DNA of 64,000 nucleotides from Mobula hypostoma (GCF_963921235.1 NC_086097.1:139998001-140062000), one strand, 5' to 3'. Counted from the stretch's first letter, positions 10,128-22,964 are shown. The notes: a model not told the origin generated them from the sequence alone. Numbers and translations: made by a program.

Positions 10128-12036
10128 TTAGCGGAAGTTAGAGAAGTCGATGTTCATGCCATCAGGTTGGAGGCTACCCAGACGGAATATAAGATGTTGT
10201 TCCTCCAACCTGAGTGTGGCTTCATCTTTACAGTAGAGGAGGCCGTGGATAGACATGTCAGAATGGGAATAGGATGTGGAATTAAAATGTGTGGCCGCTG
10301 GGAGATCCTGCTTTCTCTGGCGGACAGAGCGTAGATGTTCAGCAAAGCGGTCTCCCAGTCTGCGTCGGGTCTCGCCAGTATATAAAAGGCCACATCGGGA
10401 GCACCGGACGCAGTATATCACCCCAGTCGACTCGCAGGTGAAGTGTTGCCTCACCTGAAAGGACTGTTTGGGGCCCTGAATGGTGGTAAGGGAGGAAGTG
10501 TAAGGGCATGTGTAGCACTTATTCCGCTTACACGGATAAGTGCCAGGAGGGAGATCGGTGGGGAGGGATGGGGGGGGGACGAATGGACAAGGGAGTTGTG
10601 TAGGGAGCGATCCCTGTGGAATGCAGAGGGGGGGAGAGGGAAAGATGTGCTTAGTGGTGGGATCCCGTTGGAAGTGGCGGAAGTTACGGAGAATAATATA
10701 TTGGACCCGGAGGCTGGTGGGCTGGTAGGTGAGGACCAGGGGAACCCTATTCCTAGTGGGGTGGCGGGAGGATGGAGTGAGAGCAGATGTACGTGAAATG
10801 GGGGAGATGCATTTAAGAGCAGAGTTGATAGTGGAGGAAGGGAAGCCCCTTTCTTTAAAAAAGGAAGACATCTCCCTCGTCCTAGAATGAAAAGCCTCAT
10901 CCTGAGAGCAGATGCAGCGGAGACGGAGGAATTGCGAGAAGGGGATGGTGTTTTTGCAAGAGACAGGGTGAGAAGAGGAATAGTCCAGATAGCTGTGAGA
11001 GTCAGTAGGCTTATAATAGACATCAGTGGATAAGCTGTCTCCAGAGACAGGGACAGAAAGATCTAGAAAGGGGAAGGAGGGGTCGGAAATGGACCAGGTA
11101 AACTTGAGGGCAGGGTGAAAGTTGGAGGCAAAGTTAATAAAGTCAACGAGTTCTGCATGCGTGCAGGAAGGAGCGCCAATGCAGTTGTCGATGTAGCGAA
11201 GGAAAAGTGGGGGACAGATACCAGAATAGGCACGGAACATAGATTGTTCCACAAACCCAACTAAAAGGCAGGCATAGCTAGGACCCAAACGGGTGCCCAT
11301 AGCTACACCTTTAGTTTGGAGGAAGTGGGAGGAGCCAAAGGAGAAATTATTAAGAGTGAGGACTAATTCCGCGAGACGGAGCAGGGTGGTGGGAGAGGGG
11401 AACTGATTAGGTCTGGAATCCAAAAAGAAGCGGAGAGCTTTGAGACCTTCCTGATGGGGGATGGAAGTATATAAGGACTGGACATACATGGTGAAAATAA
11501 AGCGGTGGGGGCCAGGGAACTTAAAATCATCGAAAAGTTTAAGAGCGTGAGAAGTGTCACGAACATAGGTCGGAAGGGATTGAACAAGGGGGGATAAAAC
11601 AGTGTCGAGGTATGCAGAAACGAGTTCGGTGGGGCAGGAGCAAGCTGAAACAATGGGTCTACCTGGACAGGCAGGTTTGTGGATCTTGGGTAGGAGGTAG
11701 AAACGGGAAGTGCGGGGTGTGGGAACTATAAGGTTGGTAGCAGTGGATGGGAGATCCCCTGAGCGGATAAAGTCGGTGATGGTGTGGGAGACAATGGCCT
11801 GGTGCTCCTTAGTGGGGTCATGATCGAGGGGTAAATAAGAGGAGGTATCCGCGAGTTGTCGCTGTGCCTCGGCAAGGTAGAGGTCAGTACGCCAGACTAC
11901 AACAGCACCCCCCTTATCGGCAGGTTTAATAATAAGGTTAGGATTAGTGCGGAGGGAGTGGAGAGCAGAGCGTTCTGAAGGAGTGAGGTTGGAATGGGGA
12001 CAAGGTGCGGTGAAGTCGAGACGGTTGATGTCCCAT
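10128..12036 (-). pseudogene. PLE ORF (RT, Cys-rich linker, GIY-YIG endonuclease): open reading frame but 5'-truncated and lacking catalytic Asp residues
   Basis: IIKPADKGGAVVV, YLLPKIHK, GVAMGT, CKRNKCYTC...C, VIYCVRCSRCGLLYTGET. Motif A reads FTMYV (normally D) and motif C reads YIDN (normally YIDD). Confidence 0.9.
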
Positions 12037-15000
12037 AGGGACATAGGCATAGGGAACCTTGGTTTTCAAGGAATATTGGCAATCTGGTTAAGAAAAAGAG
12101 AGAGGTGTATAGCAGGTATTGGCAACAAGGAACAAATGAGGTACTTGAAGAGTATAGAAAATGTAAGAAAATACTAAAGAAGGAAATAAGGAAGGCAAAA
12201 AGAAGACATGAGGTTGCTTTGGTGAATAATGTGAAGGTAAACCCGAAGGGTTTCTACAAGTATATTAAGAATGAAAGGATAGTAAGGGACAAAATTGGTC
12301 CCCTAGAAGATCAGAGTGGTCGTCTATGTGTGGAGCCTCACTAGATGAGGGAGATCTTAAACAGCTTTTTTGCATCAGTATTTACTCAGGAAACTGGCAT
12401 AAAGGGAAACAAGCAGTAGTGTCATGGAACATATAGAGATTAAAGAGGAGGAGGTGCTTGCTGCCTTACAGCGAATAAAGATAGATAAATCCCCCGGGCC
12501 TGACATGATATTTCCTCGGACCTTGAGGGAGACTAGTGTAGAGATTGCAGGGGCCCTGGCAGAAATATTGAAAATGTCCTTAGCCGCTGTAAAAGTAAAC
12601 CAGGTAATTACAGGCTGGTGAGCCTGACATCAGTAGTAGGTAAATTATTGGAAGGTGTTCTGAGAGATCGGATATACAAGTATTTGGACAGCCAAGGGCT
12701 GATTAAGGATAGTTAGCATGGCTTTGTGTGTGGTAGATCATGTTTAATGAATCTTGTAGAGTTTTTCGAGGAGGCTACCAAGAAAGTAGATGAAGGAAAG
12801 GCTGTGGATGTTGTCTACATGGACTTTGACAAGGTCCCACATGGGAGGTTAGTTCAAAAGGTTCAGACACTAGGTATCCATGGAGAGGTTGTAAACTGGA
12901 TTTGAAATTGGCTTTGTGGGAGAAGACAAAGAGTGGTATGGATGATTGCTTCTCAGACTGGAGGCCTGTGACTAGTGGTGTGCCTCAGGGATCTATGCTG
13001 GGACCATTGTTGTTTGTTGTCTATATCAATGATCTAGATGATAATGTGGTAAATTGGATCAGCAAGTTTGCTGATGACACTAAGATTGGAGGCGTTGTGG
13101 ACAGCAAGGAAGGCTTTCAAAGCTTGGCTTGCAGAGGGATCTGGACCAACTGGAAAAATGGCAGATGGAATTTAATGCAGACAAGTGTGAGGTGTTGCAT
13201 TTTGGAAGAACAAATCAAGGTAGGACGTACACAGTAAATGGTAGGGCACTGAGGAGTGCGGAGGAACAAAGGGATCTGGGAGTTCAGATACATAATTCCC
13301 TGAAAGTGGCATCACAGGGAGACAGGGTTGTAAAGAAGGCTTTTGGCATCCTGGCGTTCATAAATCAAAGTATTGAGTATAGGAGTTGGGATGTTATGGC
13401 GAGGTTGTATAAGACTATGGTGAGGTTGTATAAGACATTGGTGAGGCCAGATTTGGAGTATTGTGTGCAGTTCTGGTCACCTAACTATAGGAAGGATATC
13501 AGTAAGTTTGAAAGAGTGCAGAGAAGATTTACTAGGATGTTGCCGGGTCTTCAGGAGGTGAGTTACAGGGAAAGATTGAACAGGTTAGGACTTTATTCCT
13601 TGGAGTGTAGAAGAATGAGGGGGGGTTTGATAGAGGTTTACAAAATTATGAGGGGTATAGACAGAGTAAATGCGAGTAGGCTCTTTCCACTTAGATTAGG
13701 AGAGATAAATACGAGAGGACATGGATTTAGGGTGAAAGGGGAAAGGTTTAGGGGGAACTTCTTCACTCAGAGAGTGGTGGGAGTGTGGAACGAGCGGCCA
13801 TCTGATGTGGTAAATGCGGGGTCACTCTTAAGTTTTAAGAATAAATTGGATAGATACATGGATGGGAGAGGACTGGAGGGTTATGGACTGGGTGCAGGAC
13901 AATGGGACTAGCAGAATAATGTTTCAGCACAGACTAGAAGGGCCAAATGGCCTGTTTTCTGTGCTGTAGTGTTCTATGATTCTGTGGTTCTAGCACAAGA
14001 ACCAACAGTACAAACAAATCAAAGCTTTTGAAAACCATGAAATGCATAAAAACAAAATTGTTTGCAACAAATTACTACATGGTTTTATGAAAGAAAGTGG
14101 CAATCATGTGCTGTTTGCTCTGGAAACACTGATTTAGTGAAACAAAATACTGATTTATGATTTGCAGGTCTGACTAAAAGACATTAAGAGTCAGGAGCAG
14201 AATTAGGCCATTCAGCTCTTTGAATGTGCTCTGCCATTCCATCATGGCTGATTTATTATCCCTCAACCCCATTCTCCTGCCTTCTCCCTGTAACCTTTGG
14301 TGCCCTCAATCAAGCTCCATTTTAAATATACCCAAGCAACACACACAAAATGCTGGAAGAACTCAGTAGTCCAGGCAGTGTCTATGGAAAAAAGTACAAT
14401 CGATGTTTTGGGCTGAAACCCTTTGGCAGGACTGGAGAAAAAAAGCCGAGGAGTAGATTTAAAAGGTGGGTGGAGGGGAGAGAAAAACACCAGGTGATAG
14501 GTGAAGCCTGGAGAGGGAGGGATGAAGTAAAGAGCTGGGAAGTTTTTTGGTGAAACTGAAGGCCATGTAAGAAAGAAAAAGGGGAGAGGAGCACCAGAGG
14601 GAGGAGATGGGCGGGCAAGGAGATAAGGTATGTGAGGGAAAGGGGATGGGAAATGGTGAAAGGTCGGGGGGGGGGGCAGCATTACCAGAAGTTTGAGAAA
14701 TTGATGTTATGCCATCAGTTTGGAGGCTATCCAAATGGAATATAAGGTGTTGTTCCTCCAGCTTAAGTGTGGCCTCATCACAACAGTGGAGGAGGGCATG
14801 GATGGATATATGGGAATGGGAGGTGGAATAAAGATGTGGGGCCACTGGGAGATTCCGCTTGTTCTGGCGGACGGAGCATTGATGCGAAGCGGTCTCCCAG
14901 CTGACTCACAGGTGGTGTTGCCTCACCCAGAAGGACTATTTATGCCCCTGAGTGGTAGTGAGGGAGGAGGTGTAGGGTCAGACGTAGCACTTGTTCTACT

Positions 15001-15251
15001 TGCAAGGATAAGTGCCAGGAGGGAGATCAGTGGGGAGGGATGAATGGATGAGGGAGTCGCGTAGGGGGCAATCCCTGTAGAAAGCAAAAAGTAAGGGGGT
15101 GGGAAAGATGTGCTCGGTGGTGGGATCCCGATGGATGTGGCAGAAGTTTTGGTGAATTATGTGCTGAGGCCGGTGGGGTGGTAGGTGAGGTCAAGAGGAA
15201 CCCTATCCCTGGTAGGGTGGTGGGAGGATGGGGTAAGAGCAGATGTATGTA

Positions 15252-16856
15252 CATACCCCATTTCCAGAAAAGTTGGGATATTTTCCAAAATGTAATAAAA
15301 ACAAAAATCTGTGATATGTTAATTCACGTGAACCTTTATTTAACTGACAAAAGTACAAAGAAAAGATTTTCAATAGTTTACTGACTACAACTTAATTGTA
15401 TTTTGTAAACATACACACATTTAGAATTTGATGGCTGCAACACACTCAACAAAAGTTGGGACAGAGTTAAAATAAGATTGAAAAGTACACAGAATATTCA
15501 AGTAACACCGCTTTGGAAGACTCCACATTAAGCAGGCTAATTGGTAGCAGGTGAGATGTCATGACTGGGTATAAAAGTAGCGTCCATCAAAGGCTCAGTC
15601 TTTGCAAGCAAGGATGGGTCGTAGCTCACCCCTTTGTGCCAAAATTCGTGAGAGAATTGTTAGTCAGTTCAAAAGGAACACTTCTCAACGCAAGATTGCA
15701 GAGAATTTAGGTCTTTCAATATCTACAGTACATAATATTGTGAAAAGATTCAGAGAATTCAGAGACATCTCAGTGTGTAAAGGGCAAGGTGGGAAACAAC
15801 TGTCGAATGCGCGTGATCTTCGAGCTCTCAGGCGGCACTGCCTAAGAAACCGTCATGCTACTGTGACAATTATAGCCACCTGGGCTCGGGAGTACTTCGG
15901 AAAACCATTGTCACTGAACATAGTCCGTCGTTGCATCCAGAAATGCAACTTGAAACTGTATTACGCAAGGAGGAAGCTATACATCAACTCTATGCAGAAA
16001 TGCCGGCGAGTTCTCTGGGCCCGAGCTCATCTCAGATGGACTGAAAGACCGTGGAACCGTGTGCTGTGGTCAGATGAGTCCACGTTTCAGCTAGTTTTCG
16101 GAAAAAACGGGCGTCAAGTTCTCCGTGCCAAAGATGAAAGCGACCATCCAGATTGTTATCAGCGAAAGGTGCAGAAGCCAGCATCTGTGATGGTATGGGG
16201 GTGCATCAGTGCCCACGGCATGGGTGAGTTGCATGTATGTGAAGGTACCATTGACTCTGAGGCGTATATTAGGATTTTAGAGAGATATATGTTGCCATCA
16301 AGGTGACGTCTCTTCCCGGGACGTCCATGCTTATTTCAGCAGGACAATGCCAGACCACATTCTGCACGGGCTACAACTGCGTGGCTTTGTAGACACAGAG
16401 TGCGTGTGCTTGACTGGCCTGCTGCCAGTCCAGATCTATCTCCTATTGAAAATGTATGGCACATCATGAAGAGGTGAATCAGACAACGGAGCCCACGGAC
16501 CGTTGAGCAGCTGAAATCTTATATCAAGCAAGAATGGACGAAATTTCCAATTGCAAATCTACTACAATTAGTATCCTCAGTTCCAAAATGATTAAAAAGT
16601 GTTATTAAAAGGAAAGGTGATGAAACACAATGGTAAACATGCCTCTGTCCCAACTTTTGTTGAGTGTGTTGCAGCCATCAAATTCTAAATTTGTGTATGT
16701 TTACAAAATACAATTAAGTTGGTCAGTAAAACTATTGAAAATCTTTTCTTTGTGCTTTTGTCAGTTAAATAAAGTTTCACGTGAATTAACATATCACAGA
16801 TTTTTGTTTTTATTGCATTTTGGAAAATATCCCAACTTTTCTGGAAATGGGGTTTG
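15252..16856 (+). mobile_element. Full-length Tc1-like DNA transposon (about 1.6 kb) with IR/DR-type long TIRs
   Basis: TIRs of about 215 bp (15252-15466 and 16643-16856), each with outer and inner AAAAGTTGGGA repeats. TA duplication at 15250-15251 and 16857-16858. Confidence 0.95.
15614..16636 (+). pseudogene. Tc1 transposase (340 codons, DD34E) with three in-frame TGA stops
   Basis: ATG at 15614, HTH region, WSDESTF, VMVWGCIS, FQQDNARPH-34 residues-E in SPDLSPIENVW. Stops at 16304, 16475 and 16589; no frameshift; terminal TAA at 16634-16636. Confidence 0.92.
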
Positions 16857-18474
16857 TAAAATGGAAGAGATGGTGGAGGAAGGGAAGCCCCCTTCCTTGA
16901 AACAGGAGAACATCTCCTTCATTCTAGAATGAAGAGCCTCATCTTGAGAGTAGATGTGGCAGAGACGGAGGAATTGAGAGAATGAGATGGCGTTTTTACA
17001 AGTAGCAGGGTAGGACGAGGTATCATCCAGGTAGCTGTGAGAGTCCGTGGGTTTGTAATACACGTTGGTGGATAAGCTGTCTCTGGAGATGGAGACTGTG
17101 AGATCGTGAAAGGAGAGGTGTTGAAAATGGACCAGGTGAATTTGAAGGCAGGATGGAAGTTGGAGGCAAAGTGGATGAAGTCGATGAGTTCAGCACGGGT
17201 GCAGGAAGCAGCACCAATGCAGTTGTCGATGTAGCGAAGGAAAAGTGCGGGACAGTCACCAGTGTAGGCTTGGAACATAAACTGTCCACGTAGCCGACAA
17301 ACAGGCAGGCATAGCTGGGACCCATGTGAGTGCCCGTGGCTACACCTTTTGTTTGAATGAAGTGGTAGGAGCCAAAGGAGAAATTACTTAGAGTGAGGGT
17401 AAGTTCTGCTCAGCAAAGGAGAGTGGTGGTGGAGGGGAACTGGTTAGGTTTGGTGTCCAGAAAAAAACGGAGAGCTTTGAGGCCTTCCTGGTGGTGTATA
17501 GAGACTGGACATCCACAGTGAAAGTAAGCTGACGGAGGGCCAAGGAACCTGAAATCCTTGCAAAGATCGAAAGTGTGTGAGGTGTCATGGACGTAGATAG
17601 GAAGAATCTGAACTAGGGGGGATAGAACAGAGTTGAGGTATGCCCCCACCCTTTAAATCTATTCCTCAACTTTTTTTCTCCAGTCCTGCTGAAGGGTTTG
17701 GCCCAAAATGTTGACTGTACTTTCTTTCCATAAATGCTACCTGGCCTTCTGAGTTCCTCCAGCATTTTGTGCATGTTGTTCGGATTTCCAGCATCTGCAG
17801 TTTTCTCTTGTTTTAAATATACCCAACGGCTTGGCCTCCACCACCGTCTGTTGCAATGGATTCCACAGGTTCATAGTCCTCTGGCTGAAGAAGTTCCTCC
17901 TCATCTCTGTTCTAAATGGACGTCCTTCTATTCTGAGGTTGTACGCTCTGGTCCAACACTACAGGAAACATCTTCTCCACACCCACTCTCTCTATCAATA
18001 TTCAATAGATTTCAATGAGTCCCCCTCCCCCATTCTTCTAAACTCCTGTGAGTACAGGCCCGGAGCCATCAAATGCTCCTCATATTTTAACCCTTCCATT
18101 CCTGGAATTATTTGTGAACCTCCTCTGCACCCTCCAATGCCAGCACATCTTTTCTTTGATAAGGGCCTCTAAAACTGCTCACAATACCCTCATATGCAGA
18201 TTTGTTTTATATCACATCACAGCCAAAGGGAGCCACTGGTGCCAGATCACTGTGTAAAATACACCACACCTGAGTGTTCCTAGCCTGTCTCCCATCTTCC
18301 CATCTTCCCATCTCTCCATCTCCCTGTTGCACCACCTCTTCTGCCAGAGTTCTTTGTGCTTTTGTCCTATTCTTGTACTCACACCAGAATGAGAATCAGT
18401 CCAGCACTGAGTAGATGAATGGTGACTTTTGTTTCCTTGTAACTCTGAAAGTCAAAGCTCTTGTCTTGTTTATA

Positions 18475-18627
18475 CTACACCAACCACTGCCGCAGAGCTA
18501 TAAACGTACAGGAGCAATGTGTGGTTAAGTGCCTTGCTCAAGGACACAACACGCTGCCTCGACTGAGGCTCGAACTCACGACCTTCAGATCACTAGTCCA
18601 ATGCCTTAACCAATTGGCCACGCGCCA
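18475..18627 (-). mobile_element. tRNA-derived SINE
   Basis: Minus strand: A box TGGCCAATTGG, B box GAGTTCGAGCC, then a conserved SINE-body-like GTGTCCTTGAGCAAGGCACTTAACC. Confidence 0.7.
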
Positions 18628-19606
18628 AGCTCACAATCTGAACTGTTAAATAGCAGCTGAAAGCAAATTCAGTGTACCTATCAGATTGAATATTTGATAA
18701 ATTGTAATAGGAAATAAATTTTCAGGCTCTGGGGAAAGCAGAGGAGTTGGACCAAGTGGAAGTTTCTTTGAAAGAGCCAGCCCAGGTGTTATGGACCAAA
18801 TGGCTTCTGATTTTATGATTAACCAGATGGTGTTGCATGAAAAGTACAGGGCAGTTAACAAACAACAAAAGGATCTCCCTGAACTTCCAAGTGCTTTGGA
18901 GAATGTGGAAGCTATTACAAAATTAATATTGTTGCTATTCCAGACAGCTAATTTTGCTAAATTATAAAGTGTTTAAGTTATTAGTACATTTGATTCAAAT
19001 AAAACAAATTTGACCTCAAAGTGGAAGTATCTACAAACGTACATTGTCTTTTAGGTGAATAGGATAGGATGTCAAATCTCATCATCCATCACGCAAGGCG
19101 TTTATTATATTCACAACCTAAGATTGCCTGACCGATTCTGCAAAACTCGAATAGAGGTACACTCACCAGGTTCTATTTCTGTGACATATAGGTTGGGACA
19201 AGGGCATCAGAATCTGATGTATAGGGGTAAGAACATTTATTTTTCTGTGATTACTTCTTGGACTTTTCTATAGTCTAATTAAATGAGTAGTGAGCCATGC
19301 CAATAATACTCGTATATCTGGTTATGTCATTGGAAATGTATCTTCAGGAAGAGTTAAATTTGCAAATTATCATCACCACAGATTTCATGATTTCAAGCTT
19401 TTATATGAATTTACTGCTTCAGTATTGAAGTACATATTTTCTGCAGTGCACTCTGAAGATGCATCAGCAGTGATTTGTCTCTCAGAAAGAGTAGATACAA
19501 GGATTCAAGCAACCTCCGTAGGAGCAAGTGAAAGGCCATTCCATTATCTGCTTCTTGCTGCATTTCCACACTTAGAGTATTGTGTTCAATCCTGGTTGCC
19601 TCATTA

Positions 19607-22200
19607 TTAGATTAGATTAGATTCAACTTTATTGTCATTGTGCCGAGTACAGATACACAGCCAATGAAATGCAGTTAGCATCTAACCAGAAATGCAAAGA
19701 ATGGTGTTATTTACAAAATAACTGCGAATAAAAAGTAAGTGCTACAGCACACAAATATAAAAGTACTGAGACAGTACAATATGGGTACAATACTGCTTAG
19801 CGCTGTGATGTGAGGTTCAGCAGAGTCACAGCCTCAGAGAAGAAGCTCTTCCTGTGCCTGCTGGTGCGGGAGCGGAGGCTCCTGTAGCGCTTACCGGATG
19901 GCAGGAGAGTAAAAAGTCCATGGTTAGAGTGAGATGCATCCTTGATAATGCTTTTTGCCCTGCCCAGGCAGCGTTTATGGTAGATGTTCTCAATGGTGGG
20001 CAATTGGGTGCCGATAATCCACTGGGCAGTTTTCACCACACACTGGAGTTGCTTTGCAGTCCGATACGGGACAATTGCCATACCACACTGAGATGCAGTT
20101 GGTGAGTATGCTCTCAATGGTACAGCGGTAAAAGTCCGACAGTATCCTAGGACAGAGGTGAGCTTTCTTGATGCTCTGCAGGAAATAAAGGCGCTTTTTT
20201 GATCAGGATGGAGGAGTTCAGGGACCAGGTGAGATCGTCGGAAATGTGGACACCAAGGAATTTGAAGCTTGATACACGCTCCACTACAGCTCCATTGATG
20301 TAGATGGGGACATGAGTATGGCTCCTAGCATGCCTGAAGTCCACAATGATCTCTTTGGTCTTCTGGGTGTTAAGGGCCAGGTTGTTGTCGGCACACCACG
20401 CGGCCAGGTGCTGGACCTCATCCCTGTAGGCTGTCTCGTCATCCCCTCTGATCAGACCAACCACTGTGGTGTCGTCTGTGAACTTGTACAGGAACGCAGT
20501 CATAGGTGAAAAGGGAGTACAGAAGAGGGTTCAGCACACAGCCTTGAGGCACGCCAGTGTTCAGGGTGAGAGTGGAGGAGGAGAGGTTGTCTAACTTAAC
20601 TGATTGGGGTCTATTAGTCAGAAAGTCCAAGGTCCAATTGCAGAGGGATGAGCTGATACCAAGCTGGCGAAGTTTGGCGATCAGCTTGGAGGGGATCACA
20701 GTATTGAATGCCGAACTAAAGTCAATGAACAGCTTTCTGACGTAAGAGTTGAGGGCAGAGTGAAGTGCCGTGGAGGTGGTGTCCTCTGTTGACCTGTTGG
20801 TGCAATAGGCAAATTGATGGGGATCCAGGGTAGTGGGCAGACAGGATTTCAGATGTGATAGAACCAGTCTCTCAAAGCACTTTGCAATGAAGGGGGTGAG
20901 TGCAACTGGGCGGAAGTCATTCAGGCTTGTGGCAGTGGAATGCTTCAGCACTGGCGCGATGGTGACAATCTTGAAGCTTGTGGGGACAACTGCCTGGGCC
21001 AGGGACAGATTGAAAATGTCCGTGAAGACCCCGGCCAACTGCTCTGCACAGACTCTGAGCACACGGTCAGGTATTTCATCCGGATCAGCTGCCTTCCGTA
21101 TATTCACCCCGCTCAGGGTGGCGCAAACATCGGAGGTGGAAAGTGAGAGAGGCAGTTCACTAGGTGGGAGATCCGCTTTGAGGGTGACCTTGTTCTCTCG
21201 GTCAAAGCAAGCGAAGAAGTAATTGAGCTCATTAGGGAGGGAAGCAGAGCTGGAAGTGGGAGCAGTACTAGGTGGTTTGAAGTCTGTAATGACCTGTATG
21301 CCATGCCACATGCGCCGGGGGTCCGAGGAGTTGAAATGCTCCTCGATTCTCCGTTTGTATATGTGTTTAGCCTGAGACATTAGACATTCCCCTCCTCAGA
21401 TTGGCCCTGGCAGAGCTGTAAGCCTCCCGGTCTCCAGACCCAAAAGCTGAATCTCTGGGTTTGAGCAGGAGGCGAACTTCTCTGTTCATCCATGGTTTCT
21501 GATTGGGGAAAACTTTTATTTTTGTGATGTCACTCTATCCACACACTTGTTGATGTGCTCAAGGACAGAGTTGGTATATAAATCAATGTTAATCTGAGAG
21601 TCTGTGGTGGCATGGGCAGTAAACGCGCTCCAGTCTGTGTGCTGGAATTAGTGCTGAAGAGCAGAGTCAGCACCCTCCAGCCGGATCTTAATAGTCTTCA
21701 TTGTGGGTTTCACACGTTTAATGACCGGGCTATACTTGGGAAGCAGAAACAATGAAAGATGGTCGGACTGTCCCAGGTGGGAGAGGGTAGTGGCTTTGTA
21801 AGCGTCAGCCACATTTGTGTAGACATGATCTAAGGTTTTATTTCCCTTTGTGGTGCGTGATACATTTTGGTAAAATCTTGGAAGCATGGTACGTAGGTTA
21901 CAATGATTGAAGTCCCCAGCGACAATAAAGGCTCCGTCTGGATGCAATGTCTGCAGCTTGCTAATAGCGGTACTGAGGTCTTTCATGGCTACTTTAGCAT
22001 TAGCATCTGGTGGTACATAAACTGCGACAGCAATGATGCATGTAAGCTCCCGTGGTTGATAAAAAGGTCTGCACTTAATAATCAGGTATTCCAGATCAGC
22101 AGAGCATAATTGTCAGCAATGGTAGAGTTAGTACACCATGATCGATTCACAAAGATGCATAAACCGCCTCCCCTACTTTTACCTGTCGCTGTTGCAGCTC
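19607..22200 (-). mobile_element. Rex1/Babar-clade LINE (APE plus RT, decayed), inserted in a CR1 3' fragment (19565-19606 and 22203-22670, +)
   Basis: IVAGDFN, TLDHVYTN, SDH, FRPVALT, LDPHQFAY, FIDFSSAFNT, GVPQGCVL, KF.DDTTVVGLI, LNTQKTKE.IVDFR. AATAAA and (ATCTA)n tail. Confidence 0.9.
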
Positions 22201-22964
22201 TGTAGGAAGGAAGTGGGAAGTTCAGAGAGGGTGGAGGAGATTTACTAGGATGCTGCCTGGAGTAAAGAGCATGTCTTCTGAGGAAAGGTTGTGCGAGCTG
22301 GGGTTTTTATCTTGAGCGGAGAATTGATAGAGGTCTATAAAATGATAAGAGGCTTCGATAGAGTGGACTCCATATTTTTAACCAGGGTGGAAATGGCTAA
22401 CCTAAAGGGCATAATTTTCAGGTGATTGGGGAAAAGTATAGGGGGAGGAGGAATGGCAGAAGTATTTCTTTTTGGCTGAGAGTGGTGGGTGCGTGGAATG
22501 CACTGCCAGGGTGGTGGTAGAGGCCAATACATTAGGGACTTTTTAAGAGACGTTTAGATAGGCACTTGGGCTATGTGGGAGGGAAGGGTTAGGTTGTTCT
22601 TGGAATAAGGTCAATGCAGTGTAGTGGGACGAATGGCCTGTACTGTGCTGTGGTGTTTTATGTTCTGTATGTGCACTCTACTATCTGTTATACCTCTCAT
22701 CAAACCAGAGATTAACTATAGTTCAGTGAGGAGTGCCAAGAGCTTGCTGGGAGCAACTCTAAGCACACTCCCATGCTGAGCTGCCAGCCTAGTTTAGCTG
22801 CACCTCAGATCAACGTGTGCTAAATAACAAAAATAACATGCTACAAACAGCTAAGTGGTCAAATCAAAGCTTTTCAGTTCTGCCATATAAATTCATTTAT
22901 TCGCAGTATGTTGGTGTATAACTAAACAAGTAACCATTTAAAAATTTAGTTAGGCCACACTTGA

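Larger units (their letters stand above)
9740..12044 (-). mobile_element. 5'-truncated Neptune-type Penelope-like element
   Basis: Long RT plus GIY-YIG ORF, 3' UTR and hammerhead. Flanked by a 13-bp TSD AGGCATAGGGAAC (9727-9739 and 12045-12057). Confidence 0.95.
9440..13992 (+). mobile_element. Decayed CR1 LINE (9440-9739 and 12045-13992), split by a PLE insertion
   Basis: SDHN, DKSPGPD, SGVPQGS.LGP, KFADDTK and LEYCVQFWSP, with frameshifts. CR1-type tail TTCTATGATTCTGTGGTTCTA. Confidence 0.9.
14336..17810 (-). mobile_element. PLE with an inverted copy of its 3' repeat at the 5' end (17644-17810 on +), interrupted by Tc1
   Basis: Decayed RT/GIY-YIG on the minus strand, decayed hammerhead motifs at both ends in opposite orientation, and a 16-bp TSD TTTTAAATATACCCAA (14320-14335 and 17811-17826). 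Confidence 0.9.
14177..18190 (-). mobile_element. CR1 LINE 3' fragment (14177-14335 and 17811-18190) hosting the PLE/Tc1 nest
   Basis: Reverse-complement CR1 tail (AGGAGCAGAATTAGGCCATTCAGC...) continues across the insertion into RT C-terminal sequence (RNFFSQR...NLWN). Confidence 0.8.

Noticed and set aside
9589..10131. 180-aa ORF that looks like a novel chimeric protein
   Set aside because: Chance read-through from a CR1 fragment into the antisense PLE tail across the insertion junction.
10128..12050. 640-aa ORF as an active or domesticated PLE gene
   Set aside because: The start codon lies in target/filler DNA, the element is 5'-truncated, and two RT catalytic Asp residues are mutated.
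13398..13446. 21-bp in-frame duplication in CR1 RT C-terminus (RLYKTMVRLYKTLVR)
   Set aside because: Local slippage in a dead copy with no sign of function.
18560..18627. Possible tRNA gene
   Set aside because: A and B boxes are present, but it runs into a SINE body and lacks a clean cloverleaf and terminator.
19021..19610. Short ORFs in unique AT-rich DNA as candidate DPY19L1 exons
   Set aside because: No similarity to the expected upstream DPY19L1 peptides and no convincing splice-site pair.
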